Source: Asterias rubens
Lineage: Eukaryota
DNA length: 64,000 nt
Reading direction: 5' to 3'
NCBI RefSeq assembly: GCF_902459465.1
Contig: NC_047080.1
Location: 9,424,001 to 9,488,000 of the forward strand
In this document: positions 21,512-33,502 of the stretch, piece by piece
Layout: every line of letters starts with the position of its first letter
Position numbering within the stretch: the stretch's first letter is position 1
Position numbers and translations under genes: made by a program
Notes under the pieces: generated by a model
Seen by the model: the letters and a program-made list of their open reading frames with translations, nothing else
Told to the model about the DNA's origin: nothing
Databases searched by the model: none

Positions 21512-22654
21512 ATGTCTGCCGTGGCCAAATCAGAAGCTCTTATTTACAAGGACGCCAGGCAGTACTGCCAGCGTAGACACCAGAAAACAATGGGGAAATG
21601 CGCTCGGGAAGAACGGCAGAACGACGCCCTGTTAAGCCGCCAACTTCGGCATATCCATAAATCCAAATCTTACCGAGAAAGAGAGCTCGACCGTGAGCAG
21701 GAGAAGTGCTTGACGGACCTAGTGACGATATTTGACCGCCAGTGTCAGATTGCGACTACGCGACTTGCCCGGAGATTGAAAGACGCACTCGGTGACGCGG
21801 ATGGGTTGTGGGGCGGCGAAAAGACCGAGAGTGGTGAAAGCTCCCGGACAAGCAGGAAGCTCTTCAAAAAAGGTAACAACAAACAGCTTGCTAAACCCTC
21901 CAATGGGTTCATCTTGAATTCGTGGGACAAGCATCGAAGTTTTCCTGCATCACGCGGAGGAAAAGGATCTCCCTCTCAGAAAAACAACCGTCATTTACCG
22001 TCGACATCGTTGAATGACTTAATAACCAGCCGATCAAACTTCCTAAGACGTGATAACTTTTCAAGTTCGGACTCGTCACCAAGAATGTGGCAGCGGATCC
22101 CGCCATCCGTACAGCCCACAACCCCCACGCCAAGTCTCAACCAACAACATGTATTCCAGAACCAAATCGGACTTCGGGAGTCAGCAGGGCTAAATAACTC
22201 CAGCCGGGGGGTCAGCAAAAGGAGGAGACCGACTCGACCCAAAACGGCTCCACCTACAGCAGGTTTAAGCCACGAGGCGACTAGGCGATGGAACGAGCTT
22301 GCCTCTCCGATAAGATGCCCACAGCATTCTAAAGATACCTCATCTCAAGCATTGCCAAAAGCTAGAAGCCTACGATGTCTACGTGAGGAATGCACCAAGA
22401 CCGAGAAACACATCCTAGACGCGCCGGAGGATGTGTGTTTCCGACGGCAGTACTTAGCCTGCGCCATGTCCCGTAAGCTACCGGTGAGCGGCTTGAAGAG
22501 TGGCAGTTTCGCCCAACAAGATGAGGTCAGAAAGAAGATGGACGGAAGAAGGAGATGTATGGAAGAACTCAGAATGAACAATAGACAGCGATCTAAGTCT
22601 GCCCCTGCTGGTGTTGTGCGCATGCCTGGCAAAGAATTGCAAGCCAAATGTTGA
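21512..22654 (+). CDS. Uncharacterised 380-aa basic protein, single coding exon; N-terminal coiled coil possibly CCDC190-like
   Basis: Long stop-free ORF in GC-richer DNA; acceptor TTTGAAG at 21482 just upstream and a candidate non-coding exon donor (CATTAG|GTACGG, ~20566). EERQNDALLSRQLRHI...YRERELDREQ loosely recalls the CC190 pattern; remainder is Ser/Pro/Arg-rich. Confidence 0.75.
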   Translation: MSAVAKSEALIYKDARQYCQRRHQKTMGKCAREERQNDALLSRQLRHIHKSKSYRERELDREQEKCLTDLVTIFDRQCQIATTRLARRLKDALGDADGLWGGEKTESGESSRTSRKLFKKGNNKQLAKPSNGFILNSWDKHRSFPASRGGKGSPSQKNNRHLPSTSLNDLITSRSNFLRRDNFSSSDSSPRMWQRIPPSVQPTTPTPSLNQQHVFQNQIGLRESAGLNNSSRGVSKRRRPTRPKTAPPTAGLSHEATRRWNELASPIRCPQHSKDTSSQALPKARSLRCLREECTKTEKHILDAPEDVCFRRQYLACAMSRKLPVSGLKSGSFAQQDEVRKKMDGRRRCMEELRMNNRQRSKSAPAGVVRMPGKELQAKC

Positions 22655-22864
22655 AAGCCGTTTGACATGTACGTTTTAGGATAAGAAAATATGCCTTATA
22701 TTTGGTAGATTGTTGACAAATTTTAACTTGTAGAATTATTGGAGTCAGTTCTTTTACGGTAATGTTCATTCACCCAGCTGAGTCTCGATTAAAACCTTCC
22801 AAAACGTGCTAATATAATTCTCATAAATTGCACGTATTGCGTATACCCAAACAGACAGTCCCAG

Positions 22865-23404
22865 GGGTGCGTTCCACTCGCGCAAACGACTCGCAACTGT
22901 TCGCGCAAACGTTTTTTTATCGTTTGAACTGTTGGCAACGTTTGCGCGAGTGGAACGCACCCCTGGGGTGCGTTCCACTCGCGCAAACGACTCGCAACTG
23001 TTCGCGCAAACGTTTTTTTATCGTTTGAACGATTGGTGCGTATACGCGATGTCAACATGGCGGCGCCCTGAAATGAAGATGGCGCGCACCATACGTAGGT
23101 TTTTTTTTAACTTCGTTTTTGCTGCAATAGTCCTCTTTTTGACATCATTACATCAACTAATTAACTTTGTTATTCCAAATCTGCATTATCATCCACCGAA
23201 AATACAATGTAATTATGTTTGTGACAAAGAAATAATACCGTATGCTTGTCCGCCATTTTAAAAATCACTCGCCAACACCTCCGAAGTATGTTCGCCTAAA
23301 GTTGCCAACGTTCGCCAACGGTGGCGGCGAACAACTCGTTCCACTTGAAATTGTTGGCGAACGTGCGCAACTGTTGGCAACGTTTGCGCGAGTGGAACGC
23401 ACCC
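22865..23404. mobile_element. Harbinger-like MITE pair: 98-bp mini copy (22865-22962) plus 439-bp copy (22966-23404)
   Basis: TIR GGGTGCGTTCCACTCGCGCAAACG; flanks CAG / CTG / CTG (3-bp CWG targets). Confidence 0.8.
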
Positions 23405-23852
23405 CTGGCAAACCTCTGTATTAACCAGAAAAACAGTCTGGTACCCTTATATCTGGGGAGGTAAAGTATTTGGCTTGGAGCAGGGATCCTGACCACAAGA
23501 TGGCCACTCCACAAACATGGGCCCGCGCAGCCGCGCTTTCACCACGTGGACACTATTTACACGAACACGAACTTGTTCATTAGGTTACTGCAATGCCGTG
23601 GAACTAACTCTATAGGAACATTATACACCCACAGAACGAAATAAACATTGTGTGCTAACGGCTGAATCTGTGGATTTTTCGGCATAGATAACAACTATTA
23701 CATGTACAGTACATACCTTTACTAAACCTGCCATGATCCTTCCCTCTTGCAAGTTACGGTTTGGGTCTTCCTTTTCGTCACGCATGAATGCCGAAAGCAT
23801 GCCGAAAACGAGGCAAGTTCCCACTGTTACTTCTATGCTTTGCATTATATTA

Positions 23853-24038
23853 TGGGTGTGTTCGTTTAGCTTCCCTGATGGGTCATCCTCTCGTGGTGAC
23901 GGCATGCACCTCAGGTCACCCCAAGTGACTCACTCCACAAGCAGGGCACTGGGGCTGACCCGGGTGAGCCCCGTCAAAGCTATTCGAACGAACGGGGCAG
24001 ACCGGGGTCGACCTAGGGAAGCTAAACGAACGCACCCA
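23853..24038. mobile_element. Harbinger-like MITE, 186 bp
   Basis: TTA|TGGGTG(T/C)GTTCGTTTAGCTTCCCT ... AGGGAAGCTAAACGAACGCACCCA|TTA. Confidence 0.8.
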
Positions 24039-26048
24039 TTAAAGACAACCTCAAACTCAATTGTTGTTGTTTTCACTACGCACTTTCCCATTACATTGCT
24101 TCTGTGCAGTTCATAAAATGGCGACAGACAAAACAGGTGTTCGGTTGAATCACGCGCTTTGTGTTACGACTCAATTTGATTGGCTGATTGTCCTTGTGGG
24201 CGGAGCTAGGAAATCTGGGTCACCGTTTTGGTCCTTGCTCTATGATTTGCGTGGATTCCAGCTGTAGCATTTTAAAACAGTTTTATGCAAATCTTTCCTG
24301 CATGTTCTGAGGTTGCTTTGTTTTGTAGAATTTAGTAGAATTTAGTAGAATTCCGAAAAGTGATCCTTTCGTAAGAATAGTAATATTTTTAACTTCATTG
24401 GCCTCAGCGCTGTACCTATAGGGTTACATTATGCATCTATGCATTATGATAGGTTGCACATAGGGATATAAGCACTTTTTGCCAAAATTCCGTTTGCCTT
24501 CAATTAAATAAGTGCATTTTCAGTGCATTATAATCTTAATGTTAACTTACTGTTTTTGAATTAAGTTAGTAAAAACCAATACACTGTCTGCTGTTAATTT
24601 ACAAATGTTCAAAGACCCAAATTATAATTATCACAATAGCGTAACAATGTCAAATATTTCAAATGGGGCACGGGGGAGGGGGGGGGGGAGCATCCCGTAC
24701 CAATGACGCCCTTATAAACAGATAGACACAGAAGTGTTACTTTGAAACATTTAATCAACCACAAAACACATTGGCAATAATTATTTGTTCTGCCTTTGTT
24801 GATCATTGTACTTTCTCAAAACTTCATATTGCAGAGTCAAACATTTTGTGTCCCTTTTCAGGAGGATGGCACCTACAGGGCTTTCTAGTGTAAATATATA
24901 GGAAGCAAAAACAGCAGGTAAACATTGTGACAAAAACGTTAATAAATGCTTAGAAATTGCTTATAAATGGTTTGACTTCTATTCGTATTTTGTGAATTGG
25001 AAGCATATAGCAGCAGCAGTCTGTTCTTTGGCAAAATTTCTGATAAAATATTAATAAAAGTGACACATAAATTAATTATAACAGTTTACCTTAAAAAAGT
25101 ACAAGGGTTATAAACAACTTCTTAACAGGGTTGAATTTTTTTTTTTTTTAAATTGCACACACACAGTACTTGGCATCCAAAATAACAAACAATAAATACT
25201 ACAAAATAGGGGTTGTCGTATATGTAAATATACTAAATAGCAACAAAAATACTACTAATATACTTGAATAATCTTTGGCACAGAATTATATTCATTTTAG
25301 AAAAATTAACAGCAAATAAAAATTTACATAAAGCAATTATGTGGATGGACAATGCCACAAATCCGTTTACAAATTATGCATAGTACACACTCCGACCTGA
25401 TCTCTATTTATCAGTTCAATCAAACTAGACTTGTTAAAAATTCCACACACTTCTATCTACATAAATACATATAATTGTAAATACTTATATTTGTATTGAA
25501 CTATATTTTGAGATTCACATCTGGAAGTTTTGATTTAAGATCTAAACATCTTTATCTTTGGTAGTTAAATTTAAAGTGATTGCAGAGGATTTCAAGTGAT
25601 GCAAAATATACTGCTGTTTATTTGCCTGATCCCTGTATAGAAAATAACATAAATCAGTACTGATTTTCATGTGACAAAAATGTTATACTTATATTTTCCC
25701 TTCTCCTTCTTGGTGATTTGCTGAAGTTTGGCTTTAGGATTCAGCTTCTGGCTCTGTTTGATGTTTAAGGATTTGGGTACTTTAATTTTGTAACACAAAA
25801 CACAATGTCCACAGATTTACATTAAACTTACACCATTTGAAGATAATGATAGTAGAAAGCATACCTTAAAATATTAGTTGCTGAGGTGCTGTAGTTTTTG
25901 AAAAATGTGTATAACAATGTCATGAAAGTACGTTTTTACATGCTAAAATCATTTTCGTCTCATGATCACTGAGACGAAAATTATTTTCATACTAACTTTA
26001 GAGGGAGCCCTTTTCTCACAATGTTTTATACTATAACAGCTATCCAAT

Positions 26049-26329
26049 ATTCTTTATCCCCGATGCAAATTTAACATCTCTTATATCGTTGAGGTACCCG
26101 CTGCCAAAACATAGGTTTCGAACTGCCTCTAGATATCGGGCAACTTGGTAAGACAATTCTCTAGAATTGCAAGGGTCGTGGGTTCGAATCCCACCCGAGT
26201 AAACAGGCCTGTGATATTTTTGTCACAGGACTCGGGAAAGTACTGAGTATACAGTGCTAACACACATCGGTGTATGGGTACACAAACAAAAAATATTCTT
26301 TATCCCCGATGCAAATTTAACATCTCTAA
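26049..26329 (+). mobile_element. tRNA-containing retroposon-like repeat family B, terminally redundant copy
   Basis: TSD TATCCAAT (26041-26048 and 26330-26337); 36-bp direct repeat 26046-26081 = 26292-26327; internal B-box GGTTCGAATCCC. Confidence 0.8.
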
Positions 26330-27689
26330 TATCCAATGCTCGCAAAATACTTAGTGTAAGAATAAATACATGCACAGTCACCACAAATTAAAAGTTGAGT
26401 ATACATTTTGTGATATAGGTACATTCACTATAGTAATAGATAAAACTCTATCATACTATCAATACATACAGGTTATAAATAGTATATATTTAAATACATG
26501 CATGTGATGTTATTGGGTAAAAATACAAGATAACTAAAATAATATCTGACCCAGAAACATGGCAAGATGGAAGCCCTTCTTGGCAATAGGTTTCAGTGGT
26601 TATAATAGAGTTAAAATAATCGGCTGCACACACGACAAACTATATCCATGATACCTATTAATGTCATGTTATATAAATACATAAAATCCACGCTTGATTT
26701 GTTCACTATTCTGTTAAAATTAGATACATTTGATGTTGAATTCCAGCTGTTCAAGAGTTAAAGGCACTGGACACGCTTGGTAATTAATCAAAATATAAAG
26801 TAGCATAACAACTTATTTGGTACTGAGCAACTAAGGGCCGTTGATAGTATAAAACAATGTGAGAAACGACTCCATCCCTCTAAAGTTATAGTTTTTGAGA
26901 AAGAGGTAGTTCCTCACTAAAATATTATTTGAATCTGAGAGAGACGTCAGGCCAGAAGCTTTTCTTAGACATCTGAAAGCACAAATATATTTCTGCAACA
27001 ACAGTGTTTTTCTGTCATTATTTTCTTGCAACTTTGATAACCGATTGTGCCCAATTTTTTTTTACAGCTTTGTTTCTTTATGCATGTGTTGGGATACACC
27101 AAGTGAGAATGGTCTTTGCCAATTACCAAACACGCCCAGTGCCTTTAATGAACTTGTGGCTTGATTACATGATGATATACCAAGCCTGTGACAATTTCAT
27201 AGAGCTGCTTAAGCTCAAAAACTCTTGGAATATATACCACCTTTGAACTACACTTCTTCCAATAATAAATCTATCACCACAACGTCAATTTAACAATTCT
27301 AATTCATTTCTCCATTCATTTTGCTATGCAAAGTGTCGACAGATCTTTCTAATTTCTTTACAGAACCGTAACCAAATTGCATAGTAAATTTCCATTATAG
27401 GTAATTTGTGTGACCTATTTTTGACCACCTTTGTCTAAAAAGTTTCTCAGGGATATTAAAATGGGAGAAAGTTAAGATGGAGGTTTCTTTTGGAGAAGTT
27501 ACTAAATAAAGTGACATGCGAGTGCCAAGAATATTTGTGTGGATATTTGATTCCTCTAATGAACAAAAATGTTAATGTTTTACTGTATATATTCAAGAAA
27601 AAAACAGGTATATATATAGAGTGCATCTGACCTTATGATGAACCACTTCTAAATCTGTTTAAAATATCAGCCTCAACCTCATTATACTT

Positions 27690-28179
27690 CTAAACCTCAA
27701 TCTCCCCCCCCCCCTTTTTTACCCCAACCTTCTGAACGATCCCCTTATTGCCCAAGAACCCTTTTAGCCTTTTAAAATCTGAATCATACGACCCTATTCC
27801 TCAAGATACCCTCAAACCCCAAACCTCAAAAATACCCTGTTATCTCCAACCCCAAACCCTTACCCTGTAGTACATCTCATCCATCTGCCAAACCCCCTTT
27901 ATTGCCTCACCCCTCTTAGCCTTTTTGAACCCAACCCTAACCCTCTCAAGCTACTCAATCCCAAACCTCAAAATACCCTCACATCCCTAAACCCAACCCC
28001 CAAAAGTTACCCTATACACCTTTATTGCCCCACCCCCACCAGAACCCGTCTAGCCTTTTTGAATCTTAATCTTAACCCTCTCAAGCTACCCTCATCCAAA
28101 ACCTCAAAATACCCTCCTACCCAAAACCTCAAAATACCCTACGATCCTATCCCACAACCCAAAATCTTACCCTCAAACC
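27690..28179. repeat. C-rich degenerate repeat (CCCAAACCTCAAAATACCCT) immediately 3' of the stomatin stop
   Basis: Repeated CCCAAACCTCAAAATACCCT and TAGCCTTTTTGAA motifs. Confidence 0.8.
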
Positions 28180-31100
28180 TCACTTCTCAATCCATGATGA
28201 CAAGAGGTCGATAGGCAGAGGGAAGATGATGGTGGAGTTCTTCTCAGCAGAGATGGTCTGTAAAGTCTGAAGGTATCTGAGTTGGAGGGCATTAGGTGCC
28301 TCGGCGATGATGTCGGCAGCCTCCTTGAGAGCTCGAGATGCATTCTGCTCACCCTGTGCGGCTATCACCTACATAGAAACACAAAACCATCAATACATTA
28401 ATATTATGACCTGAGACAACTTTTGTTTTTGTTCTATTATTTGTTTTAATGAGTCAACACCCAACTCGGAATCGGCTCGCTTAACTCGTCTGTGCTGTCG
28501 ACCAAATCAACTGACACCAGGGGCCCGAGATTATCCAAGAACAAATTGTTGTTGTTGAGTGATTTTGTTTGGTTCCAATATAAACTGCCTTGGGTTGGCG
28601 TATTTGGCATCTTTCCTCGCCCTCCACCCCTGGAACCACGCTTTGGATCCCATCAGGGGGGGGGGGATGTGGATTAGGTTTTTCAGTCCCCACCTGATTG
28701 CGTGGGTTTTCCCAGCATTGAATATTTCTCTAGGAATATCCTCACATCTAAAATGTCCTCCTCGTTTGCTTTTCTAAAAGTTCTATAGCTTCTTTCTTAA
28801 ACAGATAAAAATAAATGAGAAAGAGAAGACTGACCTTAGCACGTGCTTCTCTTGATGCTTCAGCTTCTGCTGCCATGGCTCTCTGCAGTTGAAGGGGCAA
28901 CCTTACATCCTTACTGAATTATAAAAATCATTATAATGTATCATTAACAATAAGGTAGAATGTGACTTTGGTACACGCAGTGTTTGAACTGATACATTTG
29001 TACTGAAAATGTTTCCATCTCTGAAAAAAAAGCTAGTGGGTTCCATAGAGATCCATTAGGCTCCGCCCTCAGCGCACGTGTGGGCAAGAACATGTGAGCC
29101 TCTCAGCGCACGTGTGGGCAAGAACATGTGAGCCTCTCCAATGCCATTCTGCACAACACTTCCATGTGCGCCCTGCATATGGGCACGCATGTCAGACTAG
29201 TCTTGGTTCAAGACTCTCCTGGATTTGTCACAAGAGGGCGCGCTATCACCCCAACGCGCTATCAACCACGAACCGCTATCACCCGAGAACCGCTATCACA
29301 GGAGAGTCTTGGTACATTCGTTCAATCTAATTTGCATAATTTATGTACACGTCACAGCTTTGTTGCTAGCGCGTGTGCGCAGGTTTTATAAAGGGGTGGG
29401 CTCTGCGGGAAACCGACGCATGCGCATTATGTTTCCCCCCGATTTTGGGGGGAGATTGAACGAATGTACCAAAACTCTCCTGTGATAGCGGTTCTCGGGT
29501 GATAGCGGTTCGTGGTTGATAGCGCGTTGGGGTGATAGCGCGCCCTCTTTTGACAAATCCAGGAGTGTCTTGAACCAAGACTAATGTCAGACTTGTGTTG
29601 GACTTTTGGTTTCGCAATGGGTTGTGATGGGTCAATACGCAATGGGGCGGAGCTTAATGGATCGGTCTATTACCAAAGGTATACAAATCCCAAAGGTCTA
29701 AAAAGATCAGGCCTGAAAAAGATGTCACACTTACATTTCAACTCTCTCCACTTTTACACCCCATGGATCCGTAGCTTCATCTAACACCGATTGCATATGA
29801 CTACTGATGGACTCACGAGAGCTCAGTACCTCCGCTAAGGTCTTCGTACCCAAGACATTCCGCAGAGTTGTTGCTGCCAAGAGCTCTGTCGAGCGCTTAA
29901 AGTTCTCCACGTTAACGACGGACATAGTGGGGTTCTGAACGCGGAAGTACACCACAGCGTCTACAGTGACTGTCACACTGTCCTTGGATAGGATCTATGA
30001 ACAAGAAAGGAACAGTTATTTTAGAGTTTTATAGACTTTGGCAACAAATCTGCCAAATAAGAGGCTACTATAAATGTTGCAACACTTTAAAACAACATAC
30101 CAAGAAACTCTGAGGCAGACCTGGAGAAGAGAGTGGCTGCTGGATATGATTTCACCATGAATACCCTTGAACTTAAATGTTAATAATTAGGGGAGATGAA
30201 GGTTAAATAAGAATAACATTTGTTTTTACCCTTACAACGATGTGTACTTTCCCAAGTTCTGTGACAAAAATTCACAGGCAAGTCACTCATGTTGAATTTG
30301 AGTACCCGATGCAAAATTAAAACCTAATAAATCATTGTTGTACCCGCTGCTAACACATAGGATTTAAACTGCCTCTAGCCAATCAGGCTAGCTCGGAGTT
30401 CCAGTGTACTAGTAAATACACCTGCTCCAGCAACGTAAAGGTCGTGGGTTCAAATCCCACCCTAGTGATTTGAATGTGGATTTTTTTCACAGGACTCAGG
30501 AAAGAATAAAGTATACAGTCTATTAAAATATACATCGATGTAAGGGTAAAGTAAGTATTATTATTCTTTTTCTCCAACGCAAAATTATCATCCATTAAAT
30601 TAGAAGCAAGAACATTACCTCCTGTGGTGGAACATCAAAGGACAGTGTCCTCAAATCAATCACTCTGAATTCATCAATACATGGCAGGATAAAGAACAAC
30701 CCTGGTCCTTTGGCACCACCAGGGAGAAGACGTCCTGCTCGGAAGATCACCGCTCTCTCGTATTCTTGTACTGTCTGAGATGGTGAGGAAAAAAAAAAAA
30801 TTAGTAGAGAAAAATAAACCCAAAATTAATGACCAACATTCAGTAAAAATCTTCTTATACAACGCTGTATGTTGTAGTAGCACTTAGAGACTAACTTATT
30901 ACATAACAACTGTGTAATAAGCTTTCGCAGCTACAACTACTTCATCAGACGCATCAGAAGTAGTTGTTGCTACACGAAAACTTAGGCCTACGCAGTTTTT
31001 ATGTAGTTAGTTAGTCTGTAAGTGCTAATACAACATTCCGTGGTTTATCTCTATCAAACCAACAAGGCTATCTTTTATTATTAATTTATAAAAAGATAGC

Positions 31101-32259
31101 TAGAATGACGAGGCTCAAATTTGGAGTAAAGACCAGAATCTTTATGATAATTTATTTTGTTAACAACAAGCACTAAGAGGATTTATCTAATTAATATGCC
31201 TTGGTAAGTACCAAAAGAATTAAACGTTGTTTATTAGACTCAAAGTCAACATTTGAAGATAATTTTAAATAGTGAGGTAATAATACTCAATCGAAAAAAT
31301 CAAGACCCCCAGGCCTTGTCTGGACCCAATTTCATAGAGCTGCTCTAAAGGCATAAAAAGTAACCAAACTAAAAAAAAAAATTAGTTCTCCGAGAGTGGG
31401 TAACAACTTACCCTAAAGACAAAGCAGAGTGATATTGGGAAAGTAATACAACACACGAAGAAGGAAAAACCAAATAGGATGTAGTAACATACACCCATAT
31501 TCGGGTCATCACCTAAGAGAAAGAAGAGGGAAAAAATGTTATAAAAATATTACAGATTGTAAAGTAGAAAAAAATCCACACAGTTGATTTGAAAATGGAT
31601 TTAACAGGACAAAGAGTTGTGGGGACACCTGACTAATTGTTGATAAATATTTACTTTCCACTACAACAAGCCACGATTGAGGCAATTGGTCACTGGTCTT
31701 GGCTTTGGTGCCCCTTTCAAAAGTTTGGAAGTGCCCTTTAGAAAACGAAAAATTACCTTGCCCTTTCAATGTTGACATTCCAGGGAAAGAAAACAATATT
31801 CAAGCTCTTTTACACTGAATTGAAAACAACTTTAATTAATTTGTTTTTCTATGTACTCATTCATTGTGATAATGTTACTTCAACAAAACTCACCTCAAAC
31901 AATAAAACTAATCAATCTAACTCTTTTTTTTTTTGCCTATCATGATGTTTATATACTGTCTTAAAAAAAAAAATTATATCTTAAAAAATTATATTGTTTG
32001 TTTCAGTGTTTATTTTAAGTTAAAGGCCTTCGGGCCTCAGTTATTAGATAATTTTTCTTGTCCTTGTATCTTCTGTTCCTTTGTCATTTTAACCAGTTGC
32101 CTTGCACTGTTTTGTAATATTGTCATGTGAAGTATGCAAAATAAATATTAATAATAACAAAAATATTTAGACAAAGAATTTAAACACAATTAACTGCTGC
32201 TCACCCTTTTGTTCGGTTGGCTCCCCAGACAGACGGAGAGGTCGCTCACGCTCATTCAT
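28180..32259 (-). CDS. Stomatin / band-7 (SPFH) family protein, 6 exons, 279 aa
   Basis: Exons 32259-32205, 31512-31412, 30774-30619, 29994-29735, 28913-28835, 28368-28180 (840 nt). Hydrophobic hairpin CITFPISLC; [11 protein letters not shown]; [18 protein letters not shown]; ATTLRNVLG; [16 protein letters not shown]; [10 protein letters not shown]. The first coding exon is least certain and the paralogue (STOM/STOML3/NPHS2/mec-2) is not assignable by eye. Confidence 0.93.
29198..29583. mobile_element. 386-bp MITE with ~130-bp inverted arms in a stomatin intron
   Basis: TAGTCTTGGTTCAAGAC...GGTACATTCGTTCAATCT (to ~29329) is mirrored at ~29455-29583. Confidence 0.85.
30225..30595 (+). mobile_element. 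Family B copy with 5' tail duplicate and an upstream inverted fragment
   Basis: CCCGATGCAAAATT at ~30306, tRNA-like core with GGTTCAAATCCC, degenerate tail at ~30565-30595; 30225-30295 is reverse-complement body sequence. Confidence 0.65.
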
Positions 32260-33370
32260 TGTGATAATGTTGCCTCAACAAAACTCACTTTTTAAACAAA
32301 CAAAATTGAAAAAATCATCAATTTAACTGCTGTTCTTTTTTTCTAAGTTCAACACTAAGATGAACTAAGATGAACACATTAGATTTTTACACCATGTTTT
32401 TCTCTGCCTTGCTTAATTTCATAAAGCCTTTAAAGGCACTGAACACGTTTGGTAATTACTCAAAATAATTGTTAGCATAAAAACTTACTTAATATAACAA
32501 GCAATGGAGGGGTGTTGATAGCATTAAATATTGTAAGAAACGGCTCCCTCTGAAGAAACATAGTTTTTGAGAAAGAAGTAATGTTCCACTGAAATATTTG
32601 AACTTGATTTCGAGACTTCAGAATTATATTTTGAGATCCCGAAATCAAGCATCTGAAAGGACACAACTTTGTGTGACAAGGGTGTTTTTTTTCCCATTAT
32701 TATCTTGCAACTTCGACGATCAGTATTGAGTTCAAATTTTCAAAGGTTTGTTATTTTGTGCAAATGAGATACACCAAGTGAGAAGACTGGATTTTGAAAA
32801 TTACCAAAGGTGTCCAGTGCCTTCAAGCAACAAAAACCTTGCTAAGCATAGAAACAACTGGCTAACCAGAAACAAGTTACCAGCCAACACTTCTTAAAGT
32901 TTACATTGTTTGTTAAGCAGTATTTTCTATTAAACAGCGTCATGAAATTGGGCATTGAAAAGAAGATAAATTTATAAAAATTAATGACCAAGGCCAATCC
33001 ATGCATCTCACTGATTTATTTATTATTAATGTTCGCCTTTAAAATGCAGTGTATTGAATTGTCATTTCAAATTGAAAACAAATTTCAAATTCAGTTGTTG
33101 TTGCTATAGTCACTAAACATAAAACTTGGCGTTTGTATAAAATGTATACAGTTCTAAATGCTTAGTTTGTTGAACAACACAATTCGTTACCTCACTGCTC
33201 TTATAATTTTGACTCTTATGAATGATATAATTATAAATATACTAATTTCCAAGTTTAAAGGGAGATAACACCATTGGTAATTATTAACCATAAAGGCTTA
33301 CTTTGAAAAGAGCAGTGGAGAGCTGTTGATGTTATAAAACACCCTTTGGAGTATATAGTTTTATTATTTT

Positions 33371-33502
33371 GGAAAAGTTTCCGTATGGCGCCACCACTTT
33401 TTCATTCGAAATGAAATAATATAGTATCTAGTTTACCTCAATGAGATATCCCTTTTTGTAAAAATGAGTGAAAAAGTGGTGGCGCCATACGGAAAGTTAT
33501 CC
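33371..33502. mobile_element. 132-bp MITE with GG..CC termini (same family as 47779-47896)
   Basis: GGAAAAGTTTCCGTATGGCGCCACCAC ... GTGGTGGCGCCATACGGAAAGTTATCC; no TSD recognisable here. Confidence 0.75.

Noticed and set aside
22766-23514. Several 60-109-aa ORFs
   Set aside because: Derived from the Harbinger-like MITE pair.
24861-24917. Plus-strand exon-like segment (AG...GT)
   Set aside because: In-frame stop in the obvious frame and no partner exons found; splice-like signals this short occur by chance.
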